From Solirubrobacterales bacterium (lineage in GTDB: Bacteria > Actinomycetota > Thermoleophilia > Solirubrobacterales > 70-9), in the NCBI GenBank assembly GCA_050697155.1, contig JBOGZD010000001.1, positions 3,670 to 67,669 of the forward strand: DNA of 64,000 nucleotides. Direction: 5' to 3'. A model generated the notes under the pieces. That model was given only the letters and a program-made list of their open reading frames with translations, had not been told where the DNA came from and searched no databases. The position numbers and the translations under genes were made by a program. Positions 35,172-44,065 of the stretch are shown in pieces. The first letter of the stretch is position 1. Each line of letters starts with the position of its first letter.

Positions 35172-36428
35172 ATGCCACGATCGACTCGCTCGTTCCCGGG
35201 CGGGACCGGGCCCGATAATCCGCCGGCGCTCCTCCTCGGCGGCGGCGTGATCGCCCTCGCCGTCGCGCGCGGCCTCTCGCACGCGGATATCCCGGTGTAC
35301 GCGCTCGGCCACGAGAGCGACCCGGCCCGCTGGTCGCGCCATCACGAGCTGTTCGTCGACACCGGCGCCGGCAAACAATCGCAAGAGCGCTGGCTCGCGT
35401 GGCTCGAGCGTGGACCCCACGAGGGCATCGTGCTGCCCTGCAACGACGACGCGCTCGAGCTCATCGTCCACCACCGGGCCAGGCTCGAGGGGCTCGGGTA
35501 CGTGCTCACCGAGGCAGACGACGGGGTCGTGGCAGCGCTGCTGGACAAGGAGCGGACCTACGAGCTCGCCCGGGCGCTCGAAGTCCCGACGCCCCGGACC
35601 ATCACCATGCGCACGGTCGAGGATCTCGACCTGGTAGCTGAGTCGCTCGGCTTTCCATGCGCGGTGAAGCCCCTTCACTCCCACCGTTTCGCCGAGCACT
35701 TCGGCGCCTGGAGGAAGGTGTTGTTGGCGACCGACGCCGACGAGCTCGAGCGCGTCTTCATCGACCTGGAGCGAATCGGAGTCGCCGCGCTTGCCACCGA
35801 GATCGTTCCCGGGCCCGACGACCAGTTCGTGTCGTTCTACGGGTACCTTGACGAGGCCGGCGAGACGCTGCTCCGGTTCACGAAGCGAAAGCTGCGCCAG
35901 AATCCTCCTCGCTTCGGCCTGGGCTGCTACCACGTCACCGACTGGAACGAGGACGTCGCCGAGGCCGGGCTTGCGTTCTTTCGCGGCATCGGGTTGCGCG
36001 GCCTGGCGTGTGTCGAGTTCAAGCGCGACGCGCGCGACGGCCGGCTGGTCCTGATCGAGGGCAACCCGCGCTTCACCGCCGCAACCGGGCTGCTGCGCGC
36101 GGCGGGCGTCGACCTCGGCCTGTTCACCTACAACCGCCTGCTGGGCAGGCCGCTGCCCCCGGTCGATCCCCGGTATCGACGGGGCCTCCATCTATGGGTC
36201 CCGGGCACCGATGTGCGCGCCGCGCTCGCGTACCGGAAGGCCGGCGACCTCCGGCTGCGGAGCTGGCTTCGGAGCCTGATCGGGCCGCAGCGGTTCCCGG
36301 TCGCAAGCCTCGAGGACCCTGGCGCGGTGCTCGGGGCGATCGGCTACAAGCTCCGCCGGGCGCTGCGCAGGCGGTTGGGTCTCAAGCGCTCGAGGGCTGA
36401 GACGCGGGTTCGCGCCCCAGCGGGTTGA
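35172..36428 (+). CDS. ATP-grasp domain ligase
   Basis: FPCAVKPLHSHRF ... ATEIVPGPDDQFVSFYGY ... GLACVEFKRDARDGRLVLIEGNPRFT. Confidence 0.75.
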   Translation: MPRSTRSFPGGTGPDNPPALLLGGGVIALAVARGLSHADIPVYALGHESDPARWSRHHELFVDTGAGKQSQERWLAWLERGPHEGIVLPCNDDALELIVHHRARLEGLGYVLTEADDGVVAALLDKERTYELARALEVPTPRTITMRTVEDLDLVAESLGFPCAVKPLHSHRFAEHFGAWRKVLLATDADELERVFIDLERIGVAALATEIVPGPDDQFVSFYGYLDEAGETLLRFTKRKLRQNPPRFGLGCYHVTDWNEDVAEAGLAFFRGIGLRGLACVEFKRDARDGRLVLIEGNPRFTAATGLLRAAGVDLGLFTYNRLLGRPLPPVDPRYRRGLHLWVPGTDVRAALAYRKAGDLRLRSWLRSLIGPQRFPVASLEDPGAVLGAIGYKLRRALRRRLGLKRSRAETRVRAPAG

Positions 36429-36957
36429 ACCGCCGCGCCGCCAGTGCGCCGATCAGGGCGCCGACGCCGTCGGCGACGAGGTCGAGGACGATGTCGGCGA
36501 AGCGGACCGAGAGGCCCGTCCCGAGCAGGCGGTCGCCGACGTACTCGCCGATCTCCCAGCAGACGCCCAGGAGAACCACGACTGCGACCAGTCTCACCAC
36601 CGCTCGCCGGCTCCCGGGGGCGACGCCCGGTTCCAGCCGCGACCACACCGGCACCGAGAGCCCCCAGGCGAACATCCCGGAGATCACGAGGTGGGCGACC
36701 GTGCTGCCGAAGCCGGTATGAGCGAAGCCGCCCAACAGAGACACGGAGACGACAGCGGCGGTGGTCGCCGCCAGCACGACCAGGGCCCGCCCGGGCATTC
36801 CGAGGATCCGCACGGCGACCATGCCGAGAAACGCGAGGCCGAAGAGCGTCGTCTCGGTGTCCTCGCCGATCAGCACGAATATCACCGAGGCCACCCCCAG
36901 GCCCGCGATCCCGGCGTCCGGCCAACCCAGTGGCTCACGCCCGACAGGCGAGTGCAT
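36382..36957 (-). CDS. VanZ-like membrane protein
   Basis: Four or five TM segments and C-terminal ADIVLDLVADGVGALIGA (D-x3-D-x2-G-x3-G type). It overlaps the convergent ATP-grasp gene by 47 nt. Confidence 0.45.
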   Translation of the reverse strand: MHSPVGREPLGWPDAGIAGLGVASVIFVLIGEDTETTLFGLAFLGMVAVRILGMPGRALVVLAATTAAVVSVSLLGGFAHTGFGSTVAHLVISGMFAWGLSVPVWSRLEPGVAPGSRRAVVRLVAVVVLLGVCWEIGEYVGDRLLGTGLSVRFADIVLDLVADGVGALIGALAARRFNPLGREPASQPSSA

Positions 36958-36981
36958 CGGCGGCAGGTTAGCGGCGCCGGG

Positions 36982-37638
36982 TCAGCGGTCCGTCGGCTGC
37001 TGCGCCCGAGCCGAGGGCCGGGCCTCCAGCAGCGCCACGAACGCGAGGCTGGTCAGCGCTCCGGACACGATTATCCATCCGGAGACCTCGAGTCCTTCCT
37101 CGAATGCGATTCGGGTCTCGTGCGGCCACTCGGTGCCGTCCTGCTTGAGCTCTTCGGTAGCCGTCGCCCCGAGGTCGACGACGACGGCGGCAACGAGGAG
37201 GATCAGGCCGGCTTGCAGGAGACGACCGGGACGCGCGGGCACCTCGCGCGCGACCGCCCAGGCGAGGACGAGGGCCAAGGCGAAGATCGGCGCGAAGATC
37301 ACGATCTCGATGTGGTCGGCGATCGCGCCGGGGAGAAAGTCGAGCCGGCCCTGGAGGTTGCTGGCGGTCCGCTCGTGGATCTGGGTCAGGTCGTCGAGCG
37401 AGAGGAACGCGAAGATGGCCGCGAGAGCGATGAACCAGCGTCGCCGGGCGGGCACGACGTAGGCGTGCCCCGCGGCCGCGAAGGCGGCGATGGCGCTGCC
37501 GACGACGGTGAGCCAGTTGTTGACGCTGCCCTCGATGCCGGCGTCGAGGTCGGGGATGGCGTCGTCGAGCGCGAGCGCGTTGATGACGCCGCCGATCGTG
37601 ACACCGCAGGCCGCAACGATCGCCACCCCGACCGCCAC
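36982..37638 (-). CDS. Polytopic membrane protein, unknown family (paralog A)
   Basis: Shares NNWLTVV ... PARRxWF ... FLSxDDLxxxHER ... EEGLEVxGWI blocks with 38972..39760. Confidence 0.6.
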   Translation of the reverse strand: MAVGVAIVAACGVTIGGVINALALDDAIPDLDAGIEGSVNNWLTVVGSAIAAFAAAGHAYVVPARRRWFIALAAIFAFLSLDDLTQIHERTASNLQGRLDFLPGAIADHIEIVIFAPIFALALVLAWAVAREVPARPGRLLQAGLILLVAAVVVDLGATATEELKQDGTEWPHETRIAFEEGLEVSGWIIVSGALTSLAFVALLEARPSARAQQPTDR

Positions 37639-37759
37639 CCGAAGAATCTGGTCGGTGGCCGACGCGGGATCGGCAACCTCGGCCGAAGCTGGTGTGATCC
37701 TCTCCTCGATTTGCTGCCCCGGGGCCGCAGCTTAGGCCCGATGCCGCCCGCGGGCCAGT

Positions 37760-38854
37760 CTAAGCACGGGAGGATCCCAGCGCGGCGATCACCGCGTCCG
37801 CGACCTCGTCGGTGCTCGCCGACCCCCCGGGGGGCCGCAGGTCATAGGTGACCGTCCGGCCCTCGCGCACGACCGCGCCGACCGCGGCCTCGACCCGTTC
37901 GCCCGCCTCGCGCTCGCCGAGGTGGTCGAGCAGCATCGCTCCGCTGCGGATCAGTGCGATCGGGTTGGCGCGTCCGCGCCCGGCCAGTCGCGGAGCCGAT
38001 CCGTGTGTCGCCTCGAAGACGACGCACTGCTCGCCGATGTTCACGCCGGGGGCCATCCCGGGGCCCCCGATCAATGCTGCTCCCAAGCCGGAGACGATGT
38101 CCCCGTACATGCGCGGCGTCACCAGGACGTCGTAGCTCTCCGGCTTCGAGACCAGACGCTCGCAGACGGTGTCGACGAGCTCGTCGTCCATTGCCACGTC
38201 GCTGTATCCGTCACCGACCTCGCGTGCCACCTCGAGGAAGAGGCCGTCCGTCTCCGGCATCAGGGAGGCCTTGTGGACGACCGTGACCCGGGAGCGCCCG
38301 TGCGCCCTCGCGTAGGCAAAGGCCTCGCCGATCACTCGGCGGGCCCCCGATTGCGACAGCGGCTTGATCGAAAGGCCGGTGTCATCCGTCAGCTCGGCAG
38401 CACCCGTCTGCCGGATCAGCTCACGCAGCTCGCCACTCACCGCGCGGTCGTGGGCGAATCCGATCCGGGCGTAGAGGTCCTCGTGGTTCATCTTCACCAC
38501 CACCAGGTCGACGCCGGGGCGCGGAGGTGCAACGCCCTCCAGGGCGCGGCAGGGCCGGATCGTGGTGTGCAGGTCGAGCGCCTCGCGAAGCGCGACGTTC
38601 GGGGAACCGTAGGCACGGTCCGCAGAAGTGGTGAGCGGCCCCTTCAGGGCCACGCCGCGCCGCCGAACCGATTCGGCCACCTGTTCGGGCAGCGGGTTGC
38701 CGTGTCGCTCCAGTGCGGCGGCGCCGGCCTCCTGGACCTCCCACTCGATCCTCGCGCCGCTGGCGTCGATGACACGGCAGGCTGCCTCCACGACCTCGGG
38801 GCCGATCCCGTCTCCGGGCACGACGGTCACGGTGTGAAGCTCGGCAGTGGTCAT
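37760..38854 (-). CDS. Isocitrate/isopropylmalate dehydrogenase family enzyme (NAD-IDH-like)
   Basis: VTVVPGDGIGPEVV, ALKGPLTT, RPC, NHEDLY, MYGDIVSGLGAALIGGPGMAPGVNIG. Confidence 0.8.
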   Translation of the reverse strand: MTTAELHTVTVVPGDGIGPEVVEAACRVIDASGARIEWEVQEAGAAALERHGNPLPEQVAESVRRRGVALKGPLTTSADRAYGSPNVALREALDLHTTIRPCRALEGVAPPRPGVDLVVVKMNHEDLYARIGFAHDRAVSGELRELIRQTGAAELTDDTGLSIKPLSQSGARRVIGEAFAYARAHGRSRVTVVHKASLMPETDGLFLEVAREVGDGYSDVAMDDELVDTVCERLVSKPESYDVLVTPRMYGDIVSGLGAALIGGPGMAPGVNIGEQCVVFEATHGSAPRLAGRGRANPIALIRSGAMLLDHLGEREAGERVEAAVGAVVREGRTVTYDLRPPGGSASTDEVADAVIAALGSSRA

Positions 38855-38971
38855 CGCGTGCGCACCACGAGCATCCGGGGGATCCGGGCCCTCGCGGCCG
38901 CCAACTTAACCCAACGCAATGGGCCCGCCCTGGGTGCTCACGCTAGCGTCGCGCCCGCGACGCGACGCGGA

Positions 38972-39760
38972 TCACTGAAAAGGCGTCACGGCTCGCGTCC
39001 GGCGCGCGTCTCCCTGCTGGGAACCGCCCTGCGACGGGCGGGGGGGTCGAGGGCCGCGAGCTCGCGAGCCGAAGGCGAGGAGGCGGAGGCAGACCATGGC
39101 GACCATCCCGCCGCCGACCATGATCCAGCCCGCGACCTCCAGGCCCTCCTCGACGGCCACCCGAACCGGCGCCAGCGACGCGGCTTCGCCGGCCCCCGGG
39201 TCTGGCGTGAGCGCCGTGCCGAGGTCGACCGCGACCGCGACCGCCAACAGCGCGAGCCCGAGCCGCATCACCTGTGCCGCGCGGGGAGCCGCCTCGCGTG
39301 AGAGCACCCAGACGGTCAGAAAGACGAACACGTAAGCGGGCGCGAAGACGGCCACCTCGATGTTGTCGATACCGATCCGGTCGCCGATCCGTTCGTGCAA
39401 GCGCACCAGGTCGTCCATCGAAAGGAAGGTCAGGGTCGCCGCCAGGATCCAGAACCACGCCCGACGAGCCGGAATGATCAGCGCGTGCAGCGCCGCGACG
39501 AGGGCAGCGGCAAAGGTGGCGACCACGGTGAGCCAGTTGTTGAAGCTGATCTCGAGGGCGGCGTTCAGGCCGAAGACGTCATCGTCGAACACGTAGTGGT
39601 TGACGATCGAGCCGACCACGACGGCGCCCGCGCCGACGAATGCCAGCCAAACCGTGATCCGCAGAAGCCGGTCGCCGATCGATTCCGTATCGAGCGTGCC
39701 GCCTTCGAAGTCGCCGCCGGGCCGAGCCCAAGCGCCAGGGTCCAACCTCGGTCTGTTCAT
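38972..39760 (-). CDS. Polytopic membrane protein, unknown family (paralog B)
   Basis: Paralog of 36982..37638 (see that entry). ATG at 39760 preferred over 39772. Confidence 0.6.
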   Translation of the reverse strand: MNRPRLDPGAWARPGGDFEGGTLDTESIGDRLLRITVWLAFVGAGAVVVGSIVNHYVFDDDVFGLNAALEISFNNWLTVVATFAAALVAALHALIIPARRAWFWILAATLTFLSMDDLVRLHERIGDRIGIDNIEVAVFAPAYVFVFLTVWVLSREAAPRAAQVMRLGLALLAVAVAVDLGTALTPDPGAGEAASLAPVRVAVEEGLEVAGWIMVGGGMVAMVCLRLLAFGSRARGPRPPRPSQGGSQQGDARRTRAVTPFQ

Positions 39761-40025
39761 GGTCGCGCGCACCCTCTTCCCGCTATGTCGGCAGCGTCGA
39801 GGGGCTCCTTGAAGCGGTACGTTGACGCGAACCCTTGTGCCACTCGCCCTCCCATACCTGATTTAGCGTACCGCCGGCGCCCCGCTCCACCACCGGCGCG
39901 GGCCCCTCTGGGCGGATCTCTGCCGGCCACTCGAGCCGATGCGGATCTGCTGCAAGAACCGTGCCGGTCGACGCGCACGGCCGCCAGTCGCCAAACTACG
40001 CGGGCGGGCCTGGGCCCGCCGGAAT

Positions 40026-40760
40026 ATGCCTCAGTCCGTGGGAAAGCCGAAGACCGCAGAGCTCCATCCGGGGCCCGGCTTCCGGATCCGGACTGAGATC
40101 GAGCGGCCCGACGCGAAGATCGTCTCCGCCCTGGGCCGCTTCGACACGCCTGCGATCTCGGACCTGATGAACCGCCTCTACACGATGGTGCCGGAGGTCC
40201 GCTGCCTAACGGATCCCGAGCTGCGCCTGGTGGGCACCGCCTGCACGGTCAAGGTGTATCCGGGCGACAACCTGATGGTTCACAAGAGCCTCGATATCGC
40301 AGAGCGCGGCGATGTGATCGTGGTCGACGCGAGCTCGTCCTCGCTGACCGCTGTGCTCGGCGACCTGGTCAGCACCAAGGCTCGCCACCGCGGAGTCGCG
40401 GGGTTCGTAGTCGACGGCCTGATCCGCGACCTGCCGGGGATCCGCGCGCTCGGCGACTTCCCCGTCTTCGCCCGCGGCGTGACTCCGATCGGACCCCTGC
40501 ACCGCGGGCCCGGGGAGATCAATCACGCGATCTGTGCCGGTGGCATCGTCGTCCAGCCCGGAGACGTGATCATCGGCGACCTCAACGGGATCGTCGTCGT
40601 CCCGCGCGAGTTGGCGCCGGAGATGGTGAAGCGCCTCGAAGCGCGCAAGGCCGCGGAGGCCGACTACACCGCCGCGGTGAGCGAGGGCGAGTTCTCGAAC
40701 GCCTGGGTCGACGAGCTGCTCGAGGAGAGCAGGGTGGAAACGACCTACGGCAGCGCCTGA
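40026..40760 (+). CDS. RraA-like / 4-hydroxy-4-methyl-2-oxoglutarate aldolase family protein
   Basis: PAISDLMNR ... VGTACTVKVYPGDNLMVHKSLD ... GDVIVVD ... GDLVSTKARHRGVAGFVVDGLIRD. ATG at 40026. Confidence 0.8.
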   Translation: MPQSVGKPKTAELHPGPGFRIRTEIERPDAKIVSALGRFDTPAISDLMNRLYTMVPEVRCLTDPELRLVGTACTVKVYPGDNLMVHKSLDIAERGDVIVVDASSSSLTAVLGDLVSTKARHRGVAGFVVDGLIRDLPGIRALGDFPVFARGVTPIGPLHRGPGEINHAICAGGIVVQPGDVIIGDLNGIVVVPRELAPEMVKRLEARKAAEADYTAAVSEGEFSNAWVDELLEESRVETTYGSA

Positions 40761-40857
40761 CCGAACGCTTGCCGAGCGGACTGACATCCGCTACCCTGCC
40801 CGTCCCTCGCAACAGCGGGGGCAGCGAGCATCATCACTGGGGGAAGAGAGGGAGTTC

Positions 40858-41769
40858 ATGGACGACCGGTCCGGGGGGAACAGCGCCGTCGCAGAAGCGG
40901 TGATCGATCAGCAGCCACAGTTCACCGCGGCGTACGAGCCCGATGCGGTGTCGGATGAGCTCGTTGCCAAGTTCAACCGCGACGGCTACATCGTGATCGA
41001 GGACGCGGTGAGCCCGGAGACGATCGAGCGCGTGCGCAGCGCGGCCGACCGGATCGTGGCCGAGGGACGCGAGCCCGGACGCTGGTGGGGCAAGCCCGAG
41101 ACCGCGCCGCGACGGGTCGAATACCGGGGCATCTTCAATCTCGACGACGCATTCATGGATCTGCTCGCGCCAACTGCGGTGTTCCCGCTCGTAGTCAAGA
41201 TCATGGGCGCCAACCTGCACATGATGAGCAGCCAGCTCGTTTACCAGAAGCCGCATCAGCCGCCCACGGGGGCCGTCCGCGGCGGCTGGCACCGCGACGT
41301 GATCGGCACCTCGGAGGACCTCGGCTACGACGCCACGCCGCGGCTCGCCCTGCGCGTCGGCTACTACGTCAGCGACATCAGCCAGCCCGGCAGCGGTGCG
41401 ACCCTGTTCGCACCCGGGAGCCACCTGCTCAAGGAACCGATTCCGATGGCGCAGGGGACCGACAACCCCGAGGACTTCGTGCGCCCGAAGGTGAAGCCCG
41501 GCGACGCCGTGATCTGGGAGAACCGCACGTTCCACGCCCCGGAGCGCAACACGAGCGCCGACGTGCGCAAGGCGATCATGATCCAGTACGGGTATCGATG
41601 GCTGCGACCGGTGGACTACCTCACTCATCCTCCCGAGCTCCTCGAACGGTGCGATCCCGTCACCCGCCAGTTGCTGGACTCGACCGACCTCAATCCGGAC
41701 GGATCGATGACCCGGATGAAGGGATCGAAGTCGCTGCTCGAGTGGGCAGCCGAGCACGATCTCGCCTGA
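40858..41769 (+). CDS. Phytanoyl-CoA dioxygenase (PhyH) family Fe(II)/2-oxoglutarate oxygenase
   Basis: FNRDGYIVIEDAVSPETIERVR, GGWHRDV (HxD), PGSHL, NRTFHAPERNTS ... RKAIMIQY. Confidence 0.8.
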   Translation: MDDRSGGNSAVAEAVIDQQPQFTAAYEPDAVSDELVAKFNRDGYIVIEDAVSPETIERVRSAADRIVAEGREPGRWWGKPETAPRRVEYRGIFNLDDAFMDLLAPTAVFPLVVKIMGANLHMMSSQLVYQKPHQPPTGAVRGGWHRDVIGTSEDLGYDATPRLALRVGYYVSDISQPGSGATLFAPGSHLLKEPIPMAQGTDNPEDFVRPKVKPGDAVIWENRTFHAPERNTSADVRKAIMIQYGYRWLRPVDYLTHPPELLERCDPVTRQLLDSTDLNPDGSMTRMKGSKSLLEWAAEHDLA

Positions 41770-41818
41770 GACGGCGCTCCCTCGTCAGCCTTGAACCGAG
41801 AGCACCAGGAGCGTTGAG

Positions 41819-42817
41819 TTGAAGGTCTTCGACTTCGATCCGGCCGAGTACCGGAAGCTATACGCCGAACAGGAGTGGATCCACATCCCCAGCGGCGTGA
41901 CCCCCGAGTTCCTCGAGGCGATGCGGGAGTTCGTGGCCCGGTCGCTGGGTGACCACAAGGTGGCCGGCCCGGGCATCGGCGGGAAGGGGCGCAAGGACCA
42001 GGCGGTCTTCGAGTTCCCGGCGGAGGTCGACTTCCCGGGTGAGGTCTTCGACACGATCGCTCCCCTGAGCGGGCTAAACCGCTCGACGCTCACCCTGTCC
42101 GAGCGACATGTGAACGCCTACTACTCGGACGCCGCCCCGGAGCCGACGGCCCACAAGGATCGCCACTCGTCCCAGATCTCGGTCGGATTGGCGATCGAGA
42201 GCCCGGCGGAGTCGCGGGTCGTCGTTTACCCGTCCGACGATCGGGGGGCGAACCCGTTCAACGTCAGCTTCGCACTGATCGACAGCCTACCTCCCGAGCG
42301 CCATCCGGACAGGATCCTGCCCGACGCGCGAGAAGTCGAGATCGACGACAAGCCCGGGGACGTGGTCGCCTTCCCGGGCTCATCGATTTGGCACCTGCGT
42401 CGCCGCCCGGCCGGCGCGGTGATCTTGTATCTGAAGATGAACGACTTCGGCAGCGATCCGCTGGGCGAGGACCCGAGCACCCCGATACGCCGGCAGGGAA
42501 CCCTCGAGGCGCTGGCCGACAACTCCAACGGCGCCGTGCTCGAGCGGGTCCCCGATCTGTCCCGTCGGCTCGACACGATCACCGAGCGCTACCTGCGCGA
42601 CCAATGGCGCGGACTCATCGAGGCCCAGGTCTGGGAGCAGAAGCCGGTGCAGCTCTCGGAGTGGGAGCTGCAGCTCCTGCGTGAGGTGGACGGTCAGCGC
42701 ACCCTCGCCGCGCTGCTCGGAGACGTCGGCTCCACCGACGAGGAGTCGGCTCTCGCTCGTGTACGGACGCTCGCCGAGCGCGAGATCCTGGATCTGCTGC
42801 CCAGCGGCCCTGCTTGA
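41819..42817 (+). CDS. Putative 2OG/Fe(II)-oxygenase-like protein with C-terminal PqqD/RRE-like segment
   Basis: Possible facial triad AHKDRH ... SSIWHLRR. The C-terminal 70 aa (VQLSEWELQLLREVDGQRTLAALLGDVGSTDEESALARVRTLAEREILDLL) resembles the PqqD pattern. TTG start. Confidence 0.45.
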   Translation: MKVFDFDPAEYRKLYAEQEWIHIPSGVTPEFLEAMREFVARSLGDHKVAGPGIGGKGRKDQAVFEFPAEVDFPGEVFDTIAPLSGLNRSTLTLSERHVNAYYSDAAPEPTAHKDRHSSQISVGLAIESPAESRVVVYPSDDRGANPFNVSFALIDSLPPERHPDRILPDAREVEIDDKPGDVVAFPGSSIWHLRRRPAGAVILYLKMNDFGSDPLGEDPSTPIRRQGTLEALADNSNGAVLERVPDLSRRLDTITERYLRDQWRGLIEAQVWEQKPVQLSEWELQLLREVDGQRTLAALLGDVGSTDEESALARVRTLAEREILDLLPSGPA

Positions 42818-42848
42818 GCCCGCGGCCGCATCGCGGCGGGCAGCTCGC

Positions 42849-43985
42849 TCACGGCGAGCGCTCGTCGAGCAGCTTGCGCAGGATCGGCACGGCGACCTCG
42901 GTCGCGTCGTCAGGCTCAGCGACCAGGTAGTGGTACTGGAACCCCGGCGTCCCGTTCACCTCGACGATCACACCCCCGCAGTCGCGCAGGGGCCGCGACA
43001 GATCCGGGGCGACGAGGTCGATCCCGGCCAGCCGCAGGCCGACGGCGCGCGCCGCGGTCCCGGCCTCGGCGACCAGTTCCGGGGAGATCGCCTCGCGCAC
43101 CGTCTCGTTCTCCCGCGGCGCATTCTGGCTCTCCACCGCCTTGATCGTCACGGACGCTCCGGCGGCGGGCACCGATCCGAGATCGAAACCCTGCCGCTCG
43201 AGCGTGAGCACTGCCTCCAGATCGACCGTCAAGAGCCTGAAGCCCTGCCATCCGCCCCCCTCGAGCCGGCGACGGTTCTCGGCCGCGATCAACTCGGCGA
43301 TGCTCGACCGACCGTCGCCCTGAACCGACGGCGGGCGCCGGCGCACCGCATCGAGCAGCTCGCCGTCGAGCACCAGGACGCGATGGGCGACCCCTTGGGC
43401 CTGGCGTTCGATCAGCAGGCGCGTGTCCGCTCGCGAGGCGCGCAGCCGCGCCCGCACCAGCTCCGCGGCGGTCCGGACCCCGCTCGTGACCCCTCCCCCG
43501 CCGCCCGTCCCGCTCGCGGGCTTGACCACGCAGGGAAGCTCGGATTCGGCCATGAAGGTCTCCGCGCTGCGCAGGTCCCGGTAGTCGAACTCGACGTGCT
43601 CGGGCACGGATACCCCGTCTGCCGCCAGCAGCTCGTGCACGCGCGCCTTGTCGAGCGAGAGGCGGTGGGCGACGATGTCCTCGAGCTCGATCCAGTGAAG
43701 CCAAACCCGTACGCGGCGAGACCCGCTGCGCAACTCGAGGAAGCCGGAACCGAGGTCGCCGAGCGTCGCTCCGACGGCATCCGCGGCCCGCTGCCAGATC
43801 TCCCGGTACACCGCCCTCACCGGCGCACCGTCCAATCGGGCGTCCGCGGCACGCTCGCGCCACCGCCTCCACAGATACCCCGGTCCGGTGGAGCGCACCA
43901 GATCCAGGCCGGCGCCGAGCTGTCGCGCCGGCCCGGCTGGGACGGCGCCGAGGAGGCGGGCGGCGGTGGTCCACATGGCGGGCAT
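42849..43985 (-). CDS. ATP-grasp ligase (cyanophycin-synthetase-N/RimK-like)
   Basis: LPCVVKPASGTGGGGGVTSGV ... LIERQAQGVAHRVLVLDGELLDAV ... LAGIDLVAPDLSRPL ... VIVEVNGTPGF. Confidence 0.7.
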   Translation of the reverse strand: MPAMWTTAARLLGAVPAGPARQLGAGLDLVRSTGPGYLWRRWRERAADARLDGAPVRAVYREIWQRAADAVGATLGDLGSGFLELRSGSRRVRVWLHWIELEDIVAHRLSLDKARVHELLAADGVSVPEHVEFDYRDLRSAETFMAESELPCVVKPASGTGGGGGVTSGVRTAAELVRARLRASRADTRLLIERQAQGVAHRVLVLDGELLDAVRRRPPSVQGDGRSSIAELIAAENRRRLEGGGWQGFRLLTVDLEAVLTLERQGFDLGSVPAAGASVTIKAVESQNAPRENETVREAISPELVAEAGTAARAVGLRLAGIDLVAPDLSRPLRDCGGVIVEVNGTPGFQYHYLVAEPDDATEVAVPILRKLLDERSP

Positions 43986-44065
43986 CTTCCCGTTTCAGGC
44001 CATCGACCGCGCCCCCATGGGTGCCCCGACGATGCTTCGGCTAGCCTGAGCGCGCTGGGCGGGCC

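Noticed and set aside
44017-44049. 10-codon ORF (MGAPTMLRLA) between the ATP-grasp and GNAT genes as a RiPP precursor
   Set aside because: It is too short, has no SD, and has no core-like or leader-like features. It is most likely chance.
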